37,080 nt of DNA from Thraustochytrium aureum. Taxonomy: Eukaryota. The notes under the pieces are model-generated. The model ran no database searches and was not told the DNA's origin. It saw only the letters and a list, made by a program, of their open reading frames with translations. Position 1 is the first letter of the stretch. Every line of letters begins with the position of its first letter. The position numbers were made by a program, and so were the translations under genes. Location: positions 68,802 to 105,881 of the forward strand of contig BLSG01000213.1 of the NCBI GenBank assembly GCA_012862495.1, given 5' to 3'. Below, piece after piece: positions 10,093 through 20,723 of the stretch.

Positions 10093-12594
10093 CTAGGCCA
10101 GGTCCAAGTCTAACGGCCTGCGCGGTGGCGGCACGGCGGACTCGCCCTCGCTAGCCGGCCGACGCGAGACCGTCTTCGCGGCCTCGGGCTCCTGGCAAGC
10201 TGCGTCGCGAGGCGCAGTCGCGCGGGTAAATGGCTCAGTCTTTCTCCGCGCAGCCGCGCCGGCGTCCGCCGCAGCCGCAGCCGACGCAGCTGCCGAAGCC
10301 GCTGCGCCAGGCTCTCCCTCCGCTTTCGCTGGAGCCTGCCCCGGGGCCTGGCCCAGACGAAAGCCGCGAGGCAGGCTGCCGCCTCGCTTTGACGGCCTGC
10401 GCTGGAAACGCGCGGCGCCTGTCGCAGCTGTCGCGCCAACGGCGCTTCTCCACCGTCTCCTGCGTTGCCCGACGGCGAGGTTATCGCGTGGAAAATGTTG
10501 GAGAGGCGGCGACCCGACTGCCGCAGGGTGCCGTAGAAGCGCTCGGGCACAAAGAAGCTCGGCGTCTCCTCCCCGGTGGCATAGTACATGTCCTCGTCGA
10601 CGGACTCTTGGCGAAAGGTGTACTCGATGCGCGAGCAACACAAACCCCTGTAGCACGCCAGAACGATGCACCCCTCAGCGCGGTGTTTGTGCGTCGTCTC
10701 GCCGGAGCTGTAGGTCTGCTCGTTCCTCCCGTCCGCCACAATGCCAAAGTGCCTATGGTAGGTCTCCGCAAAATAGTACATGAACGGCACCATCAGGATG
10801 ACCGCGCAGACCCCGGTCAGAAGGGCCGACCTCGGCTCCACGCCAAGGCAGAATGATTTCTCGTCGCTCGGCTGGTAGCAATTTACCTCGACCCCGTTGA
10901 CTGTCATCGCTGGAAAGACCTTGCCGCCTCCGATCAGGCCGGCCGCGATGCTGCTGTAGTCAAAGGTAAGCGCGAGAATGCAGAGCACCGCGACGTCGAA
11001 ACTGCTGAACGTCAAAAGCGCGTTAGCGATGTGGCAAAGCGCGCGCAAAAGGCGCTTGCCGCACATCGACTCCACTGGAAGAAATATCACGAGCATGACG
11101 CAAACGTGCACGATGAGGACTGTGACTGCCACCAGGACAAAGTAGAAGACGGAGAGCACGTACAAACCAGCGGAAGAGAGAGACTGGTAGGCCGCGATTT
11201 CCGAGACAATAACAACGCCAAGCTTGGCCAGGGTGTAGGGGACCTGGTCTTGGACCGCGACGCCGTCGACAGCGATCGTCACTTCAAGAGCCGGTGTCAC
11301 AAAGCCTGAGACCGCCAAGATAGAGGTCATGAGGCTCCACGCGAAAAGCGCTGCGAGCCCAAAGTACGAACAGGCGTACTTGTAGCTGCCCCGGATGAAC
11401 TCCATGTCAGTTGCCATGGTTCGGAGCATCCACCTCTCTGGCCTTTTCCGAGGCCCCGAGCCGGCTTCCAGAGCGTCGCTCTCGTCCTCGTCGCCGCTGG
11501 CATCCGAGCTGTTTTGCGACGCGAGAACCCACCCTTGGCGCGGCTCGTTCGGAGTCGCGTCAACCGCAGAGCCCGCTCCAGACGAGAGCCCGGCGGCGGC
11601 GGCGGCGGTGGCGGGGGGGGCGCTGCTGCTTCGGTGCGGATGGCCGTCGAGTGGTCTGCGCTCCAGGAGCGATTCGACGCAGCACAGGGCGGCGCACGCC
11701 TTGTTCGTTCCAAAGTACCACTTGTGCTTGCTCTCGTCGACGTCGCCCATGTGCCGGCGCGACATCAGGTACGTCGCGTTGTAGTGCAGGACAAATACCC
11801 ACTCGAGTAGAACCAAAAGCACCAACGTGAGGACCACAAAAACATAGGTTGCGGTCTCGGGCTGGCCCTTGAGGACGCGCACCTCCCCTTCCGAGTCCAA
11901 AAAGGCGACTTGCAGCAGACCTGTCAGGAAGACAACAAAGTAGAAAAAGAACAGGGTCAGGCCGGCAAGCCGCGACATCCAGCGAACCATCCGCGACCGC
12001 ACGCGCAGCGAGAGCCGAGCAAACCAGACGATCACCAAGAGGATGAGAAGGCACACTTTGCGCGGGCGGGCCGGCAGCGCCGGCTCCGGGGTTAGCAATG
12101 CTGCGCAGGCCGCGCGGGGAGCCATTTCGGAATGACACTTACATGGCCAAAGGAACGAGAGAGCCGTCGTGAGCGTCGCGCTGGCGTACGCTTGCGCGGT
12201 CCAGCTCAGGCTCACCAGTTTGTACAGAGAATACGTCCCGACGTTTACCATTTCGGTGCTGACGCTCGTCACGTTCGCCACCTCATCGCCGTACACGAGC
12301 ACCGGGATGTTGGTCCACAGCGTGTACGCGGGGGCGAAAAAGCAGGCAATCATCATGGCTGAGTAAGCGACGATTGTGGAGACCACGGCAGCAGAAACGC
12401 CTGGCGAGTACGACTTGAACAACGCGTCCTGAAAGTCAGAAACCTTGAACAAGGCCGCCGAGGCCCTCGCGCTGCCTCGGGACTTGGTGCTTTCAGCCAC
12501 CAGCGTGCCGCCGGGCACCTCGACGGTCCGCGGGGTCCGCCCCTCGCCCTCATGCTCCTGCTCATGCTCGGCTGCCCCCAGCGCGGGTCCATCT
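10093..12594 (-). CDS. Multi-pass membrane protein with two PqiA (paraquat-inducible protein A / LetA)-like repeats; 5' end in gap
   Basis: Repeat 1: YSLYKLVSLSW.AQAYA..LSFLWP..LLVIVWF..RSRMVRWMSRLAG..LLQVAF. Repeat 2: GLYVLSVFYF..HVCVMLVIFLP..KRLLRALCHIANALLTFSSFDVAVLCILAL, resembling the PqiA WSxxDVFxxxxxxA motif. The frame is open into the gap at 12595. In-frame intron at 12142-12056. A probable frameshift near 10446 moves the stop from 10110 to 10093. Confidence 0.7.
12056..12142 (-). other. Stop-free, in-frame (87 nt) spliceosomal intron
   Basis: GTAAGT donor, TTGCTAAC branch point and AAAG acceptor. Removal turns WP-CKCHSEMAPRAA...RKV-CLL into the continuous TM helix LSFLWPLCLLILLVIVWF. 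Confidence 0.8.
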
Positions 12595-13406
12595 NNNNNN
12601 NNNNNNNNNNNNNNNNNNNNNNNNNNNNNNNNNNNNNNNNNNNNNNNNNNNNNNNNNNNNNNNNNNNNNNNNNNNNNNNNNNNNNNNNNNNNNNNNNNNN
12701 NNNNNNNNNNNNNNNNNNNNNNNNNNNNNNNNNNNNNNNNNNNNNNNNNNNNNNNNNNNNNNNNNNNNNNNNNNNNNNNNNNNNNNNNNNNNNNNNNNNN
12801 NNNNNNNNNNNNNNNNNNNNNNNNNNNNNNNNNNNNNNNNNNNNNNNNNNNNNNNNNNNNNNNNNNNNNNNNNNNNNNNNNNNNNNNNNNNNNNNNNNNN
12901 NNNNNNNNNNNNNNNNNNNNNNNNNNNNNNNNNNNNNNNNNNNNNNNNNNNNNNNNNNNNNNNNNNNNNNNNNNNNNNNNNNNNNNNNNNNNNNNNNNNN
13001 NNNNNNNNNNNNNNNNNNNNNNNNNNNNNNNNNNNNNNNNNNNNNNNNNNNNNNNNNNNNNNNNNNNNNNNNNNNNNNNNNNNNNNNNNNNNNNNNNNNN
13101 NNNNNNNNNNNNNNNNNNNNNNNNNNNNNNNNNNNNNNNNNNNNNNNNNNNNNNNNNNNNNNNNNNNNNNNNNNNNNNNNNNNNNNNNNNNNNNNNNNNN
13201 NNNNNNNNNNNNNNNNNNNNNNNNNNNNNNNNNNNNNNNNNNNNNNNNNNNNNNNNNNNNNNNNNNNNNNNNNNNNNNNNNNNNNNNNNNNNNNNNNNNN
13301 NNNNNNNNNNNNNNNNNNNNNNNNNNNNNNNNNNNNNNNNNNNNNNNNNNNNNNNNNNNNNNNNNNNNNNNNNNNNNNNNNNNNNNNNNNNNNNNNNNNN
13401 NNNNNN

Positions 13407-13820
13407 GCTCCATTCTGTTCCATTCTGTTTGTTCTATTCTGCTCTTTCTGTTCTCTCTGTTCTTTCTGTTCTTTATGTGTTCTTTATGTGTTCTTTCGTG
13501 TTCTTTCGTGTTCTTTCGTGTTCTTTTGTGTTCTTTTATGTTCCATTCTGTTTGTTCTATTCTGCTCTTTCTGTGCTGCGGCATTAGTGTTCTTTGGTGC
13601 TCGTTTTGATCGGCCTTCCCTGGTAGGCTTCTCTTGTGCACTGCGTTTCGCTCAACTGGCGCGGCGAGGTGTGTTCGTTTGTTGGCGTTCGTGCGTGGCT
13701 CAAGAGTCGCTGGGTGGGTTTTGTTTTTTGGTTGCTTCAAGAGTCGCTGGGTGGGTTTTGTTTTTTGGTTGCTTCTCTTCATGATAAATTTCTTTTTTCT
13801 TTTTCTTCCTTTTTTTTGCG
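13407..13820. repeat. T-rich low-complexity/minisatellite tract including a 2 x 37 bp duplication (13701-13775)
   Basis: Repeated gttctttcgt / ttctgtt units. ttccattctgtttgttctattctgctctttctg occurs twice, and caagagtcgctgggtgggttttgttttttggttgctt occurs twice in tandem. Confidence 0.85.
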
Positions 13821-15423
13821 GAACGCATGGCGCCGCCGATCAGCTTCGTTGTTCTTTCCCATCAGCGAGCAAAGGGAACAGAACAGAACGGAAACAACCG
13901 CACGCTCGGAGTTGAACGGCAGCAGAGTCCTGTCGCGCGCGGCCAGGCAGCTGCAGCGCGAGCCAGGCGGGCAGCCAGCGAGCCGGCCTCTCGTCCTCTC
14001 GCTGTTGCTGGCGGCGTTGCTGGCGGCGCTGCTGGCGGCGCTGCTGCCGGTGTTGCTCTCGTGCGGGTTTGCGCGCGCGCTGCGGCGCGGGATAGCGAGC
14101 GATGTTCGCGCGGGATGGATGGCGCGATGCCGTCCAGGCGGGCGGCGCGCTGAGGCAGGCGCTGCTGATGAGGATGGACGAGGACGGCGAGGCGGGACGG
14201 GGCGGGCGGCGTGGACGGGCCCACGCTGCGGGAGAGGNNNNNNNNNNNNNNNNNNNNNNNNNNNNNNNNNNNNNNNNNNNNNNNNNNNNNNNNNNNNNNN
14301 NNNNNNNNNNNNNNNNNNNNNNNNNNNNNNNNNNNNNNNNNNNNNNNNNNNNNNNNNNNNNNNNNNNNNNNNNNNNNNNNNNNNNNNNNNNNNNNNNNNN
14401 NNNNNNNNNNNNNNNNNNNNNNNNNNNNNNNNNNNNNNNNNNNNNNNNNNNNNNNNNNNNNNNNNNNNNNNNNNNNNNNNNNNNNNNNNNNNNNNNNNNN
14501 NNNNNNNNNNNNNNNNNNNNNNNNNNNNNNNNNNNNNNNNNNNNNNNNNNNNNNNNNNNNNNNNNNNNNNNNNNNNNNNNNNNNNNNNNNNNNNNNNNNN
14601 NNNNNNNNNNNNNNNNNNNNNNNNNNNNNNNNNNNNNNNNNNNNNNNNNNNNNNNNNNNNNNNNNNNNNNNNNNNNNNNNNNNNNNNNNNNNNNNNNNNN
14701 NNNNNNNNNNNNNNNNNNNNNNNNNNNNNNNNNNNNNNNNNNNNNNNNNNNNNNNNNNNNNNNNNNNNNNNNNNNNNNNNNNNNNNNNNNNNNNNNNNNN
14801 NNNNNNNNNNNNNNNNNNNNNNNNNNNNNNNNNNNNNNNNNNNNNNNNNNNNNNNNNNNNNNNNNNNNNNNNNNNNNNNNNNNNNNNNNNNNNNNNNNNN
14901 NNNNNNNNNNNNNNNNNNNNNNNNNNNNNNNNNNNNNNNNNNNNNNNNNNNNNNNNNNNNNNNNNNNNNNNNNNNNNNNNNNNNNGAACCCCACGGGGCG
15001 CACGCGGGCGTGTCGTCGAGCGCCTGGGGCAGCGGCGGCGGCCACGTTGAGGAAGGGGCGCAGCGGATCTTGGTGCAAAAGCTGACGCACTGCTCGTTGT
15101 CCCAGTCCAGCAAGCGGCGCAAGTTTTCGTGAGCGTAATTCCCGTGGCTCTCGCATCGCCTGCCTGTGCAGGGGTGCTCGCGTGCTCGCCGCGGTCTCGT
15201 ATGCAGGCAGCTTTGATGACAAGCGTCAAAAACGTTGTACGGTGGAGTAGCTCTTGATCAAGTGAACGAATGTGTATGTGTTGTGTTTGTTGTCATTCTT
15301 GTTATTCTTGTTGTTGCTGCGCCCGGTCCATCGAGCGCAAGGCCGCACTCTGTTGGCCGACGCAGGTGGGGGCGACTGCAACCGGGTGACAGGCGGCAAT
15401 TTCTTCCGTTGTTTAGCTACACT

Positions 15424-18400
15424 CTAGTTGGCGCGGCCAAAGCAGCGCCGCAGAAACAGGATCCAGTTCCCGAACTCGCCCTCCGGCCCAATGAGAAGGC
15501 AGAGAGCAAGGAAAAGAAAAACGTGTAGACGAGCGAGTAGCCCATCGTGAGCGCGATAAGCGACGCCATCTTGGTGAAAAACTGGAGCTGGCAAAGAAAC
15601 ATGATGGCCGCCGACCCGCCTGTCGTGACGGCGCCAGCCAAGACTGTGGGGCCCATCTGCGTCGCGCTGAGCCGGAAGCGGTCGTAGCGCGTCGTGTAAC
15701 CCTCCTTGCCGAGGTGACTGTACACGCTCCCGAGAATCAGCGAGTGGTCCACGCTGAGGCCCACGACCATGACGGCCGCGATGGCTTCACCCACACCGAG
15801 GGCCCACCCCAGGACGTAGACCGCACCCAGCACGCAAGCCACGATCGAGACAATCGTGACGATGACGAATCCGCTGAGGACGAGGTTGCCCGTGGCAAAC
15901 AGGACGACCACGTAGGCGACCGGAAGCGAGATGGCGAGGCCCTGGAACATGCCGTCCACAATGCCGATCTCCGAGTTGGTCCACGTCATGTCAAAGCTGG
16001 TCTGAAACACCGTCTTGAGCGTCTCAGGAGCGTCCTCGCGCACCTTGTCGAAAAACCCGTAGAGAATCTCGAAGATGGGGGTCTTGACCGTCTCCGGGCT
16101 GAAGCCTTTCAGCGTCGACTCGTACGACATGANNNNNNNNNNNNNNNNNNNNNNNNNNNNNNNNNNNNNNNNNNNNNNNNNNNNNNNNNNNNNNNNNNNN
16201 NNNNNNNNNNNNNNNNNNNNNNNNNNNNNNNNNNNNNNNNNNNNNNNNNNNNNNNNNNNNNNNNNNNNNNNNNNNNNNNNNNNNNNNNNNNNNNNNNNNN
16301 NNNNNNNNNNNNNNNNNNNNNNNNNNNNNNNNNNNNNNNNNNNNNNNNNNNNNNNNNNNNNNNNNNNNNNNNNNNNNNNNNNNNNNNNNNNNNNNNNNNN
16401 NNNNNNNNNNNNNNNNNNNNNNNNNNNNNNNNNNNNNNNNNNNNNNNNNNNNNNNNNNNNNNNNNNNNNNNNNNNNNNNNNNNNNNNNNNNNNNNNNNNN
16501 NNNNNNNNNNNNNNNNNNNNNNNNNNNNNNNNNNNNNNNNNNNNNNNNNNNNNNNNNNNGACGTCGTCCTCGCGGTTCGCCGCCTTGGCAAAGGCCTTGA
16601 TGCGCTCCAGCCAGGCGGCGGGGTCCGAGTCGCCAAGCGCGAGCGCCGCCGTGTCGTTGTACACGGTGTTATGCCAGGCGTGAAAGTCGGGAGAGTGCAG
16701 GTCACGATACGGACAGCAAGCGTCTCTGGCAGGCACCCGGGGAGCGGCTCCGTTCCGCCCTCCGGCACACAGCTGAGCTGCTCCAGGCGGTTGCACACGT
16801 CAAGCACATAGGCCTGCGACGCGCTCGGCGCGAGATCAAAGTTCTCGTCAAAGATAACTGCGCCGCGCTCCCCGTTGGGCGCAAACTTTTTGAAGCCGTC
16901 GCGGTTGATCCCCTTGATGCCCCACGTCACCTCGACCTTGAGGTAGTCGCTTCCTCCAACAAAGTCGTTGGCAAAGCTGTCCAGGAAGCCAGACCACATG
17001 TGCATCGTCCCAAAGGGCTCGTCGCGCTGCTTTGGCGTCTCCAGTTTAAAGGTGGCGTTCCCCATGAGGATGAAGAGGACGAACAGTCCCACGATGGTGA
17101 TCGGAGCCACAATATGCATGCGCCGCTCTTTGCCGGCAACAGTGACATTGGTTCCCAGGTCCATGAGTGGAACATAACCCTTGGAGAAGACCTTGTCCTC
17201 GCAAGTCTCCACATGCTTGGCCTCGTACTCGTGCATGTCGTGGAACGAGGTCTCCTCGGCTGCGACCAAGTCGCCCGCGGCGCCCTCCTCCACTGCCACG
17301 GTAGGGTCGTTCTCTGCCGTTGAGCTGACAAATCCGCCGTGCCCCGCGATCGGCTTGCGAAAGCACGCACACCAGAAAGGGCGCCCCTCAAAGCTGCGGT
17401 GGTAGATGATGGCGAAGCTCGGGTACAGCACGAGCGTGAAAACAAAGTTGACCAAGATGGCAATCGCGGCGTAGAGCCCGAACGCGGCGACCGGGATCAC
17501 CGGCGAGATGGCAGTGGCCATGAACGCCGCAAAGGTGGTAAAGCTGGTCGTGAAGAGGGTCCCACTCGCGCGCAACAGCGTGTAGGCGAGGCGCGCGATG
17601 AGGACCTCCTCGTCGGTGTCGTCGGTGCCGTACAGGTTGCGCTCCTTGGCGACCGAGCTCGACTCGATGCCGCGCAGCGAGCCCCACATCGTCTTGGACT
17701 GGCGGAACGCGTCGAAGAACACGAAGACGTCGTTGGCGCCGATGCCGAGAACGAGAAAGATGACCACGATGTGGATGTCGCTCCAGTAGTCGATGCGCAT
17801 GATGCCGGCGTAGATAAAGAGGGCGACCGGGATGGAGAACAGGATGGAAAACATGCCGTTGACAGTGATGAACAGCGACCGGGTGTGCGCCACCATGATC
17901 ACGCCGACGAAGAACACAGCGCCGCTCACGAGGAACTGGTCGCTGCCCACGAGGCGCTGAAACTCGGTGTCGCGGGCGTACCAGTAGTGGAACCGAACGC
18001 TGATCTCGCTGCCCGGAAGCGGCATTGCGCCGTTGGTGTTGTATGCTGAGGAGAACGCGCCCTGCTCCATGCCGAGGTACTTCCAGAGGTCCTCTTCAAT
18101 CTTATCGACGAGGAAGGCCTTGTAGACCTTGTACTGAGGGTCGGTCGCGTCGAGCGTGGCGAGCACGCTCGAGTACGACTTGTCTGCCGTGTCGGCGCCC
18201 AGCGGACCGCCCAAAGCCAGGTTTGTGCGCGTAGCCGTCAATGTGCGCGTCTCGACAAAGCTGCGCTGCAGGAAGAACGCCTTGCTGAGATCGTTGGGAA
18301 TGTCGAAAAAGGACAGGAAGGCGACGAAGAAGTCGACGGGGCTGAGGAGGGCACAGGCCTTTTGTTCCGCGGGGGTCGCGTAGAACTGGGCCACAACGTC

Positions 18401-18532
18401 AGTGGCCAAGTTACGGCACACGGTGTTGACGCCCTCCGCCTTGTCGGTCTGGCAAAATTTGACGTAGTCCGGGTGCCCCGTCATCACAGCCTGAAACTTG
18501 CACATCGCCTGCACGTTTTCCGCCGTGACGAT
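15424..18532 (-). CDS. Dispatched/Patched-family RND membrane protein with sterol-sensing domain; 5' end in gap; internal gap; 2 apparent frameshifts
   Basis: SSD segment HTRSLFIT..FLVLGIGANDVFVFFDAFRQS..RASGTLFTTSFTTFAAF..ISPVIPVAAFGLYAA..LYPS. Luminal VTWGIKGI..DENFDLAPSASQ. Second TM bundle FATGNLVLS..LGWALGVGEAI..VGLSVDHSLIL..MGPTVLAGAVTT..LCQLQFFTKM. One-base corrections near 16690 and 15515 give LPDFHAW and LALCLLIGPEGEFG..RAN*. Confidence 0.9.
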
Positions 18533-20627
18533 NNNNNNNNNNNNNNNNNNNNNNNNNNNNNNNNNNNNNNNNNNNNNNNNNNNNNNNNNNNNNNNNNNNN
18601 NNNNNNNNNNNNNNNNNNNNNNNNNNNNNNNNNNNNNNNNNNNNNNNNNNNNNNNNNNNNNNNNNNNNNNNNNNNNNNNNNNNNNNNNNNNNNNNNNNNN
18701 NNNNNNNNNNNNNNNNNNNNNNNNNNNNNNNNNNNNNNNNNNNNNNNNNNNNNNNNNNNNNNNNNNNNNNNNNNNNNNNNNNNNNNNNNNNNNNNNNNNN
18801 NNNNNNNNNNNNNNNNNNNNNNNNNNNNNNNNNNNNNNNNNNNNNNNNNNNNNNNNNNNNNNNNNNNNNNNNNNNNNNGTCTGTGTGTCGCCCACACGCT
18901 CCACCTTTCTCAGCGCCTCGCCAGCCCAGCAAAGACAAGCTACTCTAGCTAGCTGGAGGTGTTGACAACGACTCGGGAAGTGAACCAACCCGTCCATCCA
19001 TCACCATCATCATCAATCAATCGATGAGCCTCAGCCCGGAAGGGTCCTTCGCGTGCCACGAATCCAGTGCTCGTTTCGCACAAAGCCTTAGAGCCAAAAG
19101 CGTGCAAGTGCACAGCAGGTCGGCCTCGCTTTCACAGCCGCTTGCAGGCTTCCAGCACCGTCCCTCCCAGCATCTCTAGCCGCCGCTCTCTGTGCGCCTG
19201 CGACTGCAGCGGAGGCGCGAGCTGACCAGCGAGCGCCAGCCCACCGTCGCCGTTGCCTGGAGAGCAGAGTGGAGTGGGGTGGAGAGCTGGCTTGCGAAGG
19301 CCGGCCTCCAAGTTGACGTGCATCGAGCACACTGATCAAAGCGCGCTTGCTTTGTGTTGCCCGTGCGGAAAGGAGGACGCGTTGCCGTCAAGTCAACCTC
19401 AAGCAGCCCTGGGCGAACAATCAACCACAGTTTGGGCCGCATCGACCGCAAGGAGCAGGCGGTGGACCGCCCCTGTGAAGCGCAAGCGGCCCCGCTGGCC
19501 TCGGGCAACGGCGCGCTCGACTCGGGGCGGCCTGGCCTGTCGGTCAGTCCTCGCTTTGGCGCCGTCGTCAGCGCGCCTTGCTCGCGCTCGCTTGGTGTTG
19601 CCCCGGCAGTTTCTCGAGGCTCCAGAAGCGAGGCCGGCTCGGCAGCCTCGTGGATGGACCGGCCAAGGAGCAACGCGCGCCTCTCGCCATCGAGGTCAGG
19701 ACCGTCTGGTGCGTCATGCAAGAACGCGGAGTGGGGTGGAGCAGGTACCTCTGCAGCGAGCTAGCTAGCTGGAGTACTTGGAGGACCGTCAAATCGGCGC
19801 CGTAATCTTGCCTGGATGGCGCTGCGAGCGGCAAGCTCGATCGCTCGAGAGTGGGCCGGTGTGGCCATGGCCAAACGCATAAACGCGTCGCAGCAGCCGA
19901 GCATGCTCGAATCCGTTCGACCGCGTGCTGCTGCTTGCGACGGTGGCGAATCCGGCCCGCCGGCATTCTGTCCGCTCCCGCTCGGGTCCGCTATCTGCAC
20001 TCTTCGCACCACGTGGCCCAGCCAAAACGCGGCAGCCTGAGCGGGTGGCGCGAGATACAGGACGCGAAGCGGGGCGGTCTGGCACTTGCGCTGCGATTTG
20101 ATTTGCGAGTGGGTAGCGTGGCAAACGAAAACTTAGCCACTGCACTGCAGAGTGTGCGGTTTATGTCCGCCGTGGATGCGGAGTTCTGCGCGACTGCGCA
20201 ACTTCACGCCGGGATCAACAAGGGGTGATCATGGCGACATGTGCTTGCTTGATGAGTCTGTCTGCGCGGCCTGGCGTCGATGAACTCTTTCGCGTCTGCT
20301 CTGGCAAGAGCGGAAGCGCCGAACAGAGCGCGCACCGCAGGACTCCTTGGTAGGACCTCGTCAAAACAGTCGATCTCGGTCAATCCATCAGTCGATCCCG
20401 AGCTCATCAGTCCTCGAGCAAATACCTACATACTTGCATAGACCACTCCATAGACGTACCGGTCCGGACCGGTCCGGCGGGGGTTCATTCGTTGTTGTTT
20501 TCCTTTAGAATTCAGAAACTTCAAATTCAGTTTTTTACCTCCTCGGCATCTCGCCAAGGCAGCGCGCGGCATTGCTCTCGAGATGGGGCGGCGAGAGGAA
20601 AGGGCCTGGAAAGCAAGTGGCGAGCAA

Positions 20628-20687
20628 GCGCAACTCGCCCTGCGCAGCGCTGCAGGGCGCAACTCGCCCTGCGCAGCGCTGCAGGGC
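20628..20687. repeat. Tandem 2 x 29 bp GC-rich, partly palindromic repeat
   Basis: gcgcaactcgccctgcgcagcgctgcagg occurs twice. The core gccctgc...gcagggc is self-complementary. Confidence 0.8.
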
Positions 20688-20723
20688 TGGACAAAACGCG
20701 CCCGACGCCGTGCGCGCCTCGCG

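Noticed and set aside
13779..15229. Long ORFs spanning the 14238-14985 gap
   Set aside because: Their length is an artefact of N runs. The flanks are low complexity, and the short protein-like piece (HENLRRLLDWDNEQCVSFC) is too little to call a gene.
18879..18997. ATG at 18997 as the Dispatched start
   Set aside because: It is joined to the gene only through Ns and the peptide has no family resemblance. The start more likely lies in the gap.
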